Of a stretch of DNA of 64,000 nt, positions 1 to 8,738 are shown in pieces. The notes under the pieces are model-generated. The model had not been told where the DNA came from and did no database searches. It saw only the letters and a list, made by a program, of their open reading frames with translations. The stretch is from positions 1,206-65,205 of the forward strand of contig JACPXH010000024.1 in NCBI GenBank assembly GCA_016196625.1, in the 5' to 3' direction. The stretch's first letter is position 1. The number at the start of each line of letters is the position of its first letter. A program made the translations under genes and the position numbers. The DNA comes from Candidatus Parcubacteria bacterium (GTDB lineage: Bacteria > Patescibacteriota > Minisyncoccia > JACPXH01).

Positions 1-69
1 CACTAGCGCTGGGTTCGCTCTTCACAAACATCCGAGAGAATCACTCCGTGCTCCCAACCGCCTGTATGC

Positions 70-95
70 GCTACCTCCGCCGCGGCGGAGGTAGC
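70..95. other. Perfect 12-bp-stem hairpin GCTACCTCCGCC-GCG-GCGGAGGTAGC. It may be a terminator of an upstream, off-window gene or a regulatory hairpin.
   Basis: Inverted repeat read directly from the sequence; no clear U-run follows. Confidence 0.3.
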
Positions 96-115
96 ATTCG
101 AAATTTCCTACGGGG

Positions 116-121
116 TATAAT
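116..121 (+). promoter_or_regulatory. TATAAT -10-like hexamer 8 nt upstream of the ATG at 130, suggesting a leaderless or near-leaderless start.
   Basis: Exact TATAAT present; no convincing -35 element. Confidence 0.25.
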
Positions 122-129
122 TAAGGCTA

Positions 130-1056
130 ATGCACCGAGCTGTTTTGCAGTTTTTTGTGCTTACCCTTGCGCTGGTAACTTTGGCATTTGCGGCCAAATA
201 CCAGACGGGAGCCGACGCCACTTGGACGGCGCAAAAAAACAATCGGTTTTTGCCAATTGCGGGCGAACGAGTGCCGGGCCAACCCCCAACGTCAAAAGAA
301 AACACCTCCCCGCTTGCGCCTGAACTTGAGTCAGCCCCGGCTCTGGTTAAGCTACCCGCGCCCGCGCAGCCCCAAAGCGCACTGCGCTTACTCGACGAGG
401 TACCAACCTTAGAACAGAGCCGCGCCCCAATGCCTGCTCCGGCCAAACCAGAGACAGTTACCAATGCCGATATTAGAGCCCGGATAGACCACCCTTCGTG
501 CAAGCTACCGCCCTACACCAAGGAGGTCGCCGAGGCTAACCTTGCCGCTGCAGGAAGTCTGGACTCGGCTGAGGCAAGTCGCGTCTGGGACACGTTTGAC
601 AAATTCTGTAAGCACGATTTTTCGCTCTTCTACGAACTCGAACAGTCTGACGACCGCGCCCGCGCGAACCCCGCGGCGACCACAACGCTGCCCACCGAAA
701 ACGAACTTGCAAACCTTACGCTTTCGCCAGAAGCGTTCCGGCGCGTAGAAGAACTCGTCCAGCGCATCTGGAACGAACAGGGGTATAACTCAAACTTCTT
801 GGGCGAGGGCATAACGCAGCCAAGCACGGATGCCCTGGGGGTTACCATCCCCACAGCCACGGCTCCACTCGGCATCCAGTGCGGCGACCGCACCATCTCG
901 CCTGAAGGACTCGGGCCGACTTGGTGGACCTGCAAATGCACCGGCTGTTGCATCCCGTGCAAACTCGGGTGCTGCCTGCCCAGTTGCGAACTTGGCTGCC
1001 GGCCGCGCGCGTACCTGTGGGATTCCATTACCGGCATCTGCGGGTGCGGCATATAG
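130..1056 (+). CDS. Secreted or membrane-anchored Pro-rich protein with an extremely Cys-rich C-terminal tail (about 14 Cys in the last 60 aa, e.g. CKCTGCCIPCKLGCCLPSCELGC). It is the first gene of the T4SS-like operon.
   Basis: ORF track; N-terminal hydrophobic segment; composition. Confidence 0.45.
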   Translation: MHRAVLQFFVLTLALVTLAFAAKYQTGADATWTAQKNNRFLPIAGERVPGQPPTSKENTSPLAPELESAPALVKLPAPAQPQSALRLLDEVPTLEQSRAPMPAPAKPETVTNADIRARIDHPSCKLPPYTKEVAEANLAAAGSLDSAEASRVWDTFDKFCKHDFSLFYELEQSDDRARANPAATTTLPTENELANLTLSPEAFRRVEELVQRIWNEQGYNSNFLGEGITQPSTDALGVTIPTATAPLGIQCGDRTISPEGLGPTWWTCKCTGCCIPCKLGCCLPSCELGCRPRAYLWDSITGICGCGI

Positions 1057-1066
1057 CCCCTAAGCT

Positions 1067-1957
1067 ATGCTCAGGAAACTCCTAACTCTCAATATTTTCA
1101 GCAAAATAGTAGCTGTTGCGGTCGCCGCGGCAGCGCTCTTTTGGCTTGTCCGCACTTTGCAACTTGTCCCAGCCAGGCCGTTTGGTGAACCCACCGCCCA
1201 GAATCCTACTCGGGCGGGGCCGCAAACCGCCCAGCTGTCAGCCGCAACCACACCCCTCGAAGTAACTTATAGTTTCGAGATAGATAGCGACGGAGATGGC
1301 CTCACAAATGCCAAGGAGTTTGTCTACGCGACCGACCCGCTCCGGGCAGATACGGACGGCGACGGCTACCCAGATGGCAACGAGGTAAATAACGGGTACG
1401 ACCCCACCCTGGCCGGTTCGGCCCGTTTGCCGGACGAGCCCGCCAACCTCACCCAGCGTTTTCTCAAGTGGGCGGGTAACCCGCCCTCGCTCGAACCCAG
1501 TCGCATCATCGCCTTCCTCGACAGCCAACTCGACCTCGGGTTTCGACTTCCGGACATTGCCACAAGCTCCGTCCGTATCGCACGACCAAGTAACGCCGCA
1601 GGGCTAAGGCAATATTTGGCGGCGGCGCGTGATCTGGCCTTGCCGGAAGAAACAGCTCCGTATAACGAGCTGGCGCACGAAGCGCTCTTGGGGCGCCTTG
1701 ACGGGGCCGAGGCGACGCTTCGGAAGCTCGAAGCCCTGTCCCAAGTCTGGCAGCAGCGCGAGGTGCCGCCGTCAGCCCAAGAGCTTCACCAAAATATCCT
1801 CGGCCTGCTGGCCCTCGGCCGCGAGCTCTTTGCTGACTTGCGACTCAGCCGTTCAGACCCGGTGCGCATCATCTGGAACATGGACCGCGGCAAGGCGCTC
1901 GCGGCCGTGGCTAAAAACATAGAAGTGCAGATTACTGGTTTAGAGAAACAACCGTGA
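1067..1957 (+). CDS. TM-anchored protein with thrombospondin type-3-like Ca-binding repeats (DSDGDGLTN...DTDGDGYPDGNE).
   Basis: ORF track; N-terminal TM helix; DxDGDG repeats. Confidence 0.45.
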   Translation: MLRKLLTLNIFSKIVAVAVAAAALFWLVRTLQLVPARPFGEPTAQNPTRAGPQTAQLSAATTPLEVTYSFEIDSDGDGLTNAKEFVYATDPLRADTDGDGYPDGNEVNNGYDPTLAGSARLPDEPANLTQRFLKWAGNPPSLEPSRIIAFLDSQLDLGFRLPDIATSSVRIARPSNAAGLRQYLAAARDLALPEETAPYNELAHEALLGRLDGAEATLRKLEALSQVWQQREVPPSAQELHQNILGLLALGRELFADLRLSRSDPVRIIWNMDRGKALAAVAKNIEVQITGLEKQP

Positions 1958-2637
1958 GACGGATGCTGCCACTGGTACTACTTGTCGTTCTGGCCGGCTT
2001 CTTCCTGGTACAGGGATACAGATCCAGCAAGTCGGTTGCCCCTGACCAAAACTCTCCGGCGTCAGAATCACCGCTGCGAAGCGATCTGGTGGCGACCGGA
2101 CAGGCGACGGACACGCCGGCTGCGTCAACTCCGGCTGATCAAACAGAAAACGCCGCCTTTACTGCTTGGCTTCAACAATTTAGCCAGAAACAAGAGGCTC
2201 AACGTGCAACCGAAACGCTCACTGCGGAAGAAAAACAGCGGCTCGTGGACTACCTCGTCGCTTCAGCCCGCATCGCCTGGCCTCAAGATCCGGTCGGGCT
2301 GCGTGAAGCGCTACTCGAGAATAAAGACGGTAAACCAGCAAAACTCGACGCGGTGATTCGGGGCTTTGAAGCCGGCACTACGGAACTCAAAAAACTCACG
2401 CCGCCCGAGCGTTTGGTCGCGGTGCATGCAGCCACGCTAAATCAACTCGCTGACTTAATCGGCGTCTATAAGGACCTGCGGGGCGGTGCCGGCAAGTCAA
2501 TTGCCGAAACCTGGCAAGGCCCCACCATGGCCGGGCTGCGAGAGCGTTCCGCTCAAACCCTGCAACAGATCCATGAGCTCGTCTCCCAGTACCAGCTGCA
2601 ACTCCCTGACGACGTCTTGCCCCCTTATGCGCTCTAG
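1954..2637 (+). CDS. Hypothetical secreted/TM-anchored protein. The GTG start overlaps the previous stop (GTGA).
   Basis: ORF track; N-terminal signal/TM segment. Confidence 0.4.
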   Translation: MRRMLPLVLLVVLAGFFLVQGYRSSKSVAPDQNSPASESPLRSDLVATGQATDTPAASTPADQTENAAFTAWLQQFSQKQEAQRATETLTAEEKQRLVDYLVASARIAWPQDPVGLREALLENKDGKPAKLDAVIRGFEAGTTELKKLTPPERLVAVHAATLNQLADLIGVYKDLRGGAGKSIAETWQGPTMAGLRERSAQTLQQIHELVSQYQLQLPDDVLPPYAL

Positions 2638-5116
2638 GAACACATTGAACCGCGGCGCGGCCGTGATACTAGTGGCGCTGATCATCGCCGTCATCGGCAC
2701 GCTGGGCGCTGCCGGCAGGGCTGAAGCCGCAGTGCCCACGGCGATTACCCACTTTGTGGCGAACACCAACTTCGAGCAGAGTCTCGAATCGTTCCTCACC
2801 TCATTCATCTCCACCTTTTTTGGCGCCCTGCAGCTGCGCAATGAGGACTTCCAGAAGACCCTTGAACTCGGCAAGATCGAAGCTGCGCGCGAAGACGTGA
2901 ATAAGCTCGTGTTCGACACTCTCCGTGAGCTCAAGGAAGGGGCCTTGGGCGGAGTGGTAATCGACGATCCGGCGCAGGCCCGATCGGTGCTCAAGGGGCT
3001 CGGCATCCAGGTTCCGCCCGACATACACTCCGCCAGCCTAACTTGTCCGGCCGGCGCGTTCATCGGCGGACAATGCGTCATGGTCAAACGCGAGGGACGC
3101 ATCATCACGAACGTTGACCATTACCTCTACGAAGAACCCCTGCAGAAAGCGCGCGACTACGTCAACTGCTACTACAACCTGCTCGAGTGGCGCCAAGCGA
3201 CAAACCAATTCGCCACCTACACGAAAATCCGGCTTGACCCCCAAAACCCAGCCCCGGCTGTTCGAGACAGTATTATCCACCTTGACCTCCAGAAGGCCAA
3301 TTTTCTCGCCTCGCTCCAGCGCTCGGAACGCGGCCTTATCAATGCGCCGCCGGTCTCGTGGTACCGCGGCGGAAAGGTCTCGGAAATCAACTGGGGGAGC
3401 ATCACGAACCACGCGGAATACGACAAACTCTACGCCGCACCCAAGTGCGATCTCATTTTGCGCAACATATCCTGCGCCGATGCGGCAGGCGGGTGCTTTC
3501 CGGTCTCGTATCTCTCCGACATTGTGCCCATAAACCCGTCTGAAGCGGCCAGCGACTACTACGATCCGGGCGCAGTCAATGAACTCGTCAACCCTGATTT
3601 CCCGGATGCGCGCACGAACCCGGCCGCGAGCGCCGAGTGGAGCTGGGATCTTGTGGAAAAATCTCGCAACCCGGTCAACACCTTGGGCGGACTCGAGCAA
3701 AAAGTGGCGGCCGCGGCAAAGCGCATCATTGCCGAAGCTGCGGAAGCGAATAAAGCGCAACTGGTCTCTGGCCAAGGCGTGCGCTCCCAGACGTATCTGG
3801 TCGGCTGGCCGGACCAATGGGCCGAGGCGGACAACCTGCGGGGCAAATATTATTTCGTGGACACCGGCAGCATCATCTCGCCGGCTTTCATCCTGCTCGA
3901 CAAAGTCAAGGCCGCGATCCAAGCCGAGTTTGATCTCGCTCAAAAAGCGTACAAGTACCCGCCGGAAGCAAACGTCCAAAGCACCCAATACCGGTTCATC
4001 GGCCAACAAGGGAGCGAGCGCAAAGACGACCTCACCATATCTTCGCTGAAGCCAGAGATCGACAAACTCCCCGCACCCTTCGAAGACTTCAGCAATTACC
4101 TGGCGCTCCCAGCTGATCTCTACGAACGACCCGGAACCTATGCCCAGGGGCCAAACCGACCGGATACGAAAACCAAAACTGCCAACACCAACTACCTCAA
4201 CAAACTTTTCAAAGACGTGCTGCAGCTGCACGAACGGTCTTGGAGCGACGTAATCGCAAGCTGGTTTGGCAGCGAGGCCGATTTCTTTGCCAGCCGATCC
4301 CGATCCGGAGCGCGGTTTTTCCGAAATCTCGGCGCGGTCCGTACAGCGCTTGATGCCAGTATCGGGCAGCTAGAGCCGGCGGTGGCAGAACTGGAGGGGA
4401 CTGCAAATACTCCGGATCGCATCCGACTCGCCCAAGCGGCTCGGGACTCTTTAAGCCGGCTTCAAGAAGCGCGGGACGGCCTCGAACACAACGACATGCC
4501 CGCCGCCACGATCTACGGCAAAATAGCCCAAGCAGATTTGAACCTTGGACTCGTCGCAGCCGGACTTGGCAGCAGCGCCAGCCAGGCTTCTGCTATCAAC
4601 CAGGCGCGTCAAACTATCGGCGCGGACTCGGCTGCCATCCAGCAAGCTCGTAACGCCGCCACCCGCGAACAAATCGACTACTCCCTTGCCACCATCAACC
4701 AGACCGCCGTGGTGGTCGGGCAGCTGCCGGGCGGCGGAGAAGCCGGCCGCGATCTCTCCCGAGCCGCAGCCACGCTCCGCGACGCTGACCGCCTAATCCA
4801 GCAGGGCGCCAATGTCGGCGATGCCCAAAACAACCTGCGCCAGCAAATTTCAACCAGCTTGAGCCTGCTTAGCAACAGCGCTGCAGTACTCAACCAAACA
4901 GGCGTGCAGACTCCCGGCGCTTACCAAGCAATCGGCCGGGTGCAAAGCACTATCTCGGCTGTCGATCGAGCCAACAGTTACCTCACCGATGCGACGCGCA
5001 TCCAAACGCTCATCGCGAGCGGCGATCCGCTTACGCTACTCACCGGCATAAGCCAAGGGCTCAACCTGTTTAATTCAGCTTCCAGCTTCTTCCAAAGTTT
5101 CTTCGGGGCTCCTTAA
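2627..5116 (+). CDS. Large (about 830 aa) secreted protein with signal peptide MRSRNTLNRGAAVILVALIIAV...AEAAVP. Start reassigned to the ATG at 2627, which overlaps the previous stop by 11 nt; the track ORF from 2486 is an upstream read-through. Possibly a T4SS-associated surface protein or adhesin.
   Basis: ORF track; signal peptide; no catalytic motif recognised. Confidence 0.5.
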   Translation: MRSRNTLNRGAAVILVALIIAVIGTLGAAGRAEAAVPTAITHFVANTNFEQSLESFLTSFISTFFGALQLRNEDFQKTLELGKIEAAREDVNKLVFDTLRELKEGALGGVVIDDPAQARSVLKGLGIQVPPDIHSASLTCPAGAFIGGQCVMVKREGRIITNVDHYLYEEPLQKARDYVNCYYNLLEWRQATNQFATYTKIRLDPQNPAPAVRDSIIHLDLQKANFLASLQRSERGLINAPPVSWYRGGKVSEINWGSITNHAEYDKLYAAPKCDLILRNISCADAAGGCFPVSYLSDIVPINPSEAASDYYDPGAVNELVNPDFPDARTNPAASAEWSWDLVEKSRNPVNTLGGLEQKVAAAAKRIIAEAAEANKAQLVSGQGVRSQTYLVGWPDQWAEADNLRGKYYFVDTGSIISPAFILLDKVKAAIQAEFDLAQKAYKYPPEANVQSTQYRFIGQQGSERKDDLTISSLKPEIDKLPAPFEDFSNYLALPADLYERPGTYAQGPNRPDTKTKTANTNYLNKLFKDVLQLHERSWSDVIASWFGSEADFFASRSRSGARFFRNLGAVRTALDASIGQLEPAVAELEGTANTPDRIRLAQAARDSLSRLQEARDGLEHNDMPAATIYGKIAQADLNLGLVAAGLGSSASQASAINQARQTIGADSAAIQQARNAATREQIDYSLATINQTAVVVGQLPGGGEAGRDLSRAAATLRDADRLIQQGANVGDAQNNLRQQISTSLSLLSNSAAVLNQTGVQTPGAYQAIGRVQSTISAVDRANSYLTDATRIQTLIASGDPLTLLTGISQGLNLFNSASSFFQSFFGAP

Positions 5117-5119
5117 GGC

Positions 5120-6688
5120 ATGAAGCGCCTGTCCAACCAAACAAAATACACAGTCCTCGTCGGCGCTCTGACCGCCGCAACGCTCCTGTGGCCGGCGAGC
5201 GCTTTTGCCCAAAGCTGGTGGGAGAACCTTTTGGATTTCGGCGCTGGAGCACTGACCGCGGTCCCAAGCGCTATACTCTTGGGAACGCTTGACATCATCT
5301 CGGGCATCCTCCATGTCATCTTGCGGGTGGCAGCGGCCCTGCTCAATTACGTCGCCAGCGGCGCCTTCCTCGCCCACCCGGTCACGCAATACCCCATTGT
5401 GCAGATTGGCTGGCGCATCACGCGAGACTTGGCCAATATGGCCTTCGTTCTTATTCTGCTGTGGCTCGCCATCACCACCATTTTGCGCCTTGAACAGTAC
5501 GGTAAAAAAGAGCTTATCATCCGGCTCGTCGTAATAGCGCTCATCATCAACTTCAGTCTGGTTATCGGCGGGGTACTCATTGACGTCTCAAACCGAGTGA
5601 TGCTGCTTTTCCTCGATCCGCTCACCAAAGGCGGCAAAGACGGAGCTGCGGTTATTCTAACCGGCAGCAACCTAATCAAGTCCTTCGGCGACAACCCGAT
5701 CAGCTTCTTTCGAACGAGCCAGCAGCTCGCGACCATTGTGCAAGCGGTCTTTGAACTCTTCTTTACAGTCGTCATGACCGGAGCCCTCCTTGTGATTGGG
5801 GCGCTTATGGTCGTAAGGGTTGTGTACTTCTGGTACCTGCTTATTTTGGCGCCGATCGCGTGGTTGTCGTGGGCGTTTCCGACGATCGGAGAAGTGGGGG
5901 GCGAGGCAGGCTACAAACGATGGTGGGACACGTTCGTGCAGTGGCTGTGGTGGGGGCCGACGGCTGCGTTCTGGCTACTCATTGCGGCCATCGCCGCGCA
6001 AACCCTTCACAAGCTGCCCAATCAATACGCCGCCTTCACCGCGGCCAGCCAAAGCAACGCGCTCGCTAAAATCCCGAGTGCCATGCTCACCACCTTGGCC
6101 CCGCTCCTGCAATACACCATTGTGGTGTTTTTCCTGTTCCGGGCCATCGCCGCGATGAAAAAGGGTGCGGGCGAGCATGTCAGCGGATATGTGGGCAAGG
6201 CCATGACGAAGATGACCGGCGATTATCTGCGCAAGCCAGCGCTTGCCGCCTGGCGCGCCACCGGCGTCCCGGGCGGAGTCAAACAAAGGTGGGAACAAAT
6301 AAAGAAGGGTGGTCTTAGAGTGGGCGGAGTCCAACTCTACGGGGGCGCCCAGGCCAGAGAGTTACGTGAGGCTCGTGTTGCCCAGTTCTTCGGTAAGAGA
6401 GGGGCGGCCACACGCCTTGAAGCTTCCCGCCGCGCCCAAGACATCAAGGATCTCCAAGAGGGCCGCATGGCTGCCCTCACCAGCCCCGAACTCTCGGCCC
6501 TACTACCCCCGATCCCGCCCGCAGGCGGCGCACTCCCCACCGTAACCGAAGACATGGCCGCAGCCGCAAAAGAGCTGCTCACGCGCCGGGAACACTTTGA
6601 ACGCATCCGCTCAACGCTCGGCCAAGCTCAAGAACACGCCGAATACGAGCACCTACGCAACGTTGTTCGCCGCTACGTGAACCCGTAA
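5120..6688 (+). CDS. Polytopic membrane protein with signal peptide, more than 6 TM helices and a charged cytoplasmic tail. VirB6/TrbL-like T4SS channel component (inferred).
   Basis: Hydrophobicity pattern and position immediately upstream of the VirB3/VirB4-like genes. Confidence 0.4.
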   Translation: MKRLSNQTKYTVLVGALTAATLLWPASAFAQSWWENLLDFGAGALTAVPSAILLGTLDIISGILHVILRVAAALLNYVASGAFLAHPVTQYPIVQIGWRITRDLANMAFVLILLWLAITTILRLEQYGKKELIIRLVVIALIINFSLVIGGVLIDVSNRVMLLFLDPLTKGGKDGAAVILTGSNLIKSFGDNPISFFRTSQQLATIVQAVFELFFTVVMTGALLVIGALMVVRVVYFWYLLILAPIAWLSWAFPTIGEVGGEAGYKRWWDTFVQWLWWGPTAAFWLLIAAIAAQTLHKLPNQYAAFTAASQSNALAKIPSAMLTTLAPLLQYTIVVFFLFRAIAAMKKGAGEHVSGYVGKAMTKMTGDYLRKPALAAWRATGVPGGVKQRWEQIKKGGLRVGGVQLYGGAQARELREARVAQFFGKRGAATRLEASRRAQDIKDLQEGRMAALTSPELSALLPPIPPAGGALPTVTEDMAAAAKELLTRREHFERIRSTLGQAQEHAEYEHLRNVVRRYVNP

Positions 6689-6691
6689 CCC

Positions 6692-7102
6692 ATGCCACCC
6701 ACCGATCTGGCAGAACTCGATTACGTAAGTGAAATGATTCACCCACACCTCGCATTCCCGCACAGCACTCGGGCGGAAGAAGTGGCGCTCGCCAAACGCA
6801 TCCATCAAAAATCGCGGGGCGAGATTTTGCTGCTCTCACCAACGGCTTTTGACGTCCCCGCCGTGGTGGCGGGGCTCACCGCAGAGCACATTGAGACGGT
6901 GATGAGGCTGGGGGCGCTTAGCCAAAAAAGGTTCCTCGGCACGGCTTTTGATGTCCCGGAAAACGCAGCCCGTATTGAAGCCATCACCCAAGCTCTGGCC
7001 GAGGAACTCAAGGCGGGTCCCGGGGACGTAAGTCGTCAGCTCCAGCGCTTGCGCTGGTATATTAACGACCACCGCACACTGTTCAGCAAAGAAAGTGCGT
7101 AA
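6692..7102 (+). CDS. Hypothetical cytoplasmic protein (136 aa) within the T4SS-like operon.
   Basis: ORF track; 4-nt coupling with neighbouring genes. Confidence 0.35.
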   Translation: MPPTDLAELDYVSEMIHPHLAFPHSTRAEEVALAKRIHQKSRGEILLLSPTAFDVPAVVAGLTAEHIETVMRLGALSQKRFLGTAFDVPENAARIEAITQALAEELKAGPGDVSRQLQRLRWYINDHRTLFSKESA

Positions 7103-7553
7103 GCAGACGACCATGCCGCCTCCAACTATAACTTCCGAGGACATCGCCCAGCTCAAAGCGCAACTCCAGCAAGACTGGCAGCGGTGGATGGCTGGCCAGC
7201 AGCGCTTCCCGGAACGCCTCCAGCGTCTGGCGCTCCTGCTGCTCAATCAACTCTTGAGCTTCCAGACCACCGATGAACTCACCAACATCGCCCGGGACCT
7301 CAATCTCTCGGCTGAAGTCCGCGGCCGGTTGGGAGAACTCATGTGGCAGTACGCCATCTACCGAGACAACACCGAGGCAAATCTGCCGACCGTGGCCCAA
7401 AAACTGGGCACAGATGGCCCGGTCGCCCGGCGCGTACTCGAAGAAATCAAACGCCGCATTTTTCGAGAATTCTCCCCACAACCCCAGCTCAGCGGTAACG
7501 TGGTGAACCTCAAGGGTTCGCCACAGACCCCGCCCAGCGATTACAATAGATAG
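7095..7553 (+). CDS. Hypothetical cytoplasmic protein (152 aa) within the T4SS-like operon.
   Basis: ORF track; overlaps the previous gene by 8 nt. Confidence 0.35.
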   Translation: MRKQTTMPPPTITSEDIAQLKAQLQQDWQRWMAGQQRFPERLQRLALLLLNQLLSFQTTDELTNIARDLNLSAEVRGRLGELMWQYAIYRDNTEANLPTVAQKLGTDGPVARRVLEEIKRRIFREFSPQPQLSGNVVNLKGSPQTPPSDYNR

Positions 7554-7564
7554 TAGACAGTAGC

Positions 7565-7951
7565 ATGCAATTCCAGGTTCCTCAATTCATTGACGTGGAA
7601 GATCGGGTGGTGGGTCCCCTCACCTGGCGGCAGTTTGTGTACGTGGCGGGTGCCGGCGGGATTCTCTTCCTGCTCTGGCTTATTTTGGAGGTCGCCGTCT
7701 GGGTCATCGCCGCCGTGCTCATTGGCGGGTTTGCTCTGGTTGCGGCCTTCCTCAAGGTCAATGGTCGGCCGTTCCTGTTGTTCCTAGCTTCAGTGTTCGG
7801 ATTTGCGGCGAAACCCCGACGCTACATCTGGCGGCCGCATGCGCCCAACGCCAGCCCGGCCGACGCATCAGCGCCGCGGGGATCGGCCCCGCTTTCGAAA
7901 ATCCGGGAACTGGCTTGGTCGCTCACGGCGAAAAAGGACCAGCCACGATGA
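7565..7951 (+). CDS. Small two-TM membrane protein, PrgI/VirB3-like (inferred).
   Basis: 128 aa; two hydrophobic helices (GILFLLWLILEVAVWVIAAVLIGGF, LLFLASVFGFAA); sits directly upstream of the VirB4-like gene, as in Gram-positive T4SS operons. Confidence 0.35.
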   Translation: MQFQVPQFIDVEDRVVGPLTWRQFVYVAGAGGILFLLWLILEVAVWVIAAVLIGGFALVAAFLKVNGRPFLLFLASVFGFAAKPRRYIWRPHAPNASPADASAPRGSAPLSKIRELAWSLTAKKDQPR

Positions 7952-8062
7952 AAGTCCAAATGACAAATCCAAGGCTCAAGGCTCAAGGCTCAACGTTCAA
8001 AACGATTTGGCCTTTGGATTTTGAACTTGATTTGAAATTTGAGCTTTGAGTTTTGAGCTTCG
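7952..8062. repeat. Heptamer-array palindromic repeat, copy A. Left half is tandem NNCAAAN units (GTCCAAA TGACAAA TCCAAGG CTCAAGG ...TTCAAAA); right half is the inverted complement (TTTTGAA CTTGATT TGAAATT TGAGCTT).
   Basis: Read directly; related copies at 37953-38075, 40535-40607 and 55098-55170. Confidence 0.6.
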
Positions 8063-8071
8063 TCCTATCCT

Positions 8072-8731
8072 ATGCCCGCATCCAACCTCCCCGCCACCCA
8101 ATCCTTCCTCGCCTTTGAGTCCATCCACGACGACGTGGTGGCGATGAAAGACGGGTCGCTTAGAGCCATCCTCATGGCTTCCTCCATGAACTTCGAGCTC
8201 AAGTCCACCGAAGAACAAGACGCCATCGTCTATGCTTACCAAGACTTCCTTAACTCGCTCGATTTCCCCATCCAGTTCGTCGTCCACTCTCGTCGGCTCG
8301 ACATCGAGGAGTACTTGGAGGGCATCCGGGCCCTCGAGAAAGACCAGCCCAACGAACTCTTGCGCCTGCAGACAAGCGAATACGTCAACTTCGTCAAAGG
8401 TTTTGTGGAGCTCGCGAACATCATGTCAAAGACCTTCTACGTCGTGCTGCCGTTCGTGCCGGTCGAGCGCACCAAGGCCTCGTGGAGCGACCGGATGCTG
8501 GCGGCGTTTAGACCGCGGGCGGCTCTCAAAGCGGCTGGCCGCTTTGAAGAATACCGCAATCAGCTCTGGCAGCGGGTGGAACACGTTGCGTCCGGGCTAA
8601 GTCGCTTTGGGGTACGCGCAGTCGCGCTCACCACCGAAGAACTCGAGGAGTTGTTCTACGCGCTCTACCGGCCCGGCGAAGCAGCAAAAGCCGGGCTGGA
8701 GGCACTAAAGCAGCTTGAGTTCAAAACATAA
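8072..8731 (+). CDS. VirB4 N-terminal (CagE/TrbE/VirB-like) domain fragment, 219 aa. It is probably the N-terminal part of a split or frameshifted VirB4.
   Basis: Motif ...VVAMKDGSLRAILMASSMNFELKSTEEQDAIVYAYQDFLNSL... resembles VirB4/TrbE N-termini. The downstream ORF is open in another frame from 8709, so a single frameshift within 8709-8731 would fuse the two. Confidence 0.45.
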   Translation: MPASNLPATQSFLAFESIHDDVVAMKDGSLRAILMASSMNFELKSTEEQDAIVYAYQDFLNSLDFPIQFVVHSRRLDIEEYLEGIRALEKDQPNELLRLQTSEYVNFVKGFVELANIMSKTFYVVLPFVPVERTKASWSDRMLAAFRPRAALKAAGRFEEYRNQLWQRVEHVASGLSRFGVRAVALTTEELEELFYALYRPGEAAKAGLEALKQLEFKT

Positions 8732-8738
8732 ATCAGCC

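Noticed and set aside
2486-2626. Upstream extension of the large secreted protein ORF (track start 2486).
   Set aside because: It overlaps the preceding gene by 150 nt. The signal peptide begins at the ATG at 2627, which overlaps the previous stop by only 11 nt.
3038-4231. Long antisense ORFs inside confident genes (e.g. 3038-4231, 9339-9905, 20141-20806, 24299-24758 overlaps, 55901-56848).
   Set aside because: They are fully embedded antisense to genes with strong family signatures. High GC inflates random ORF length.
7952-8062. Heptamer arrays considered as possible CRISPR arrays.
   Set aside because: Units are 7 nt with no spacer/repeat alternation of CRISPR dimensions (about 28-37 nt repeats and about 30-40 nt spacers). 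The halves are mutual reverse complements. No cas genes are nearby.
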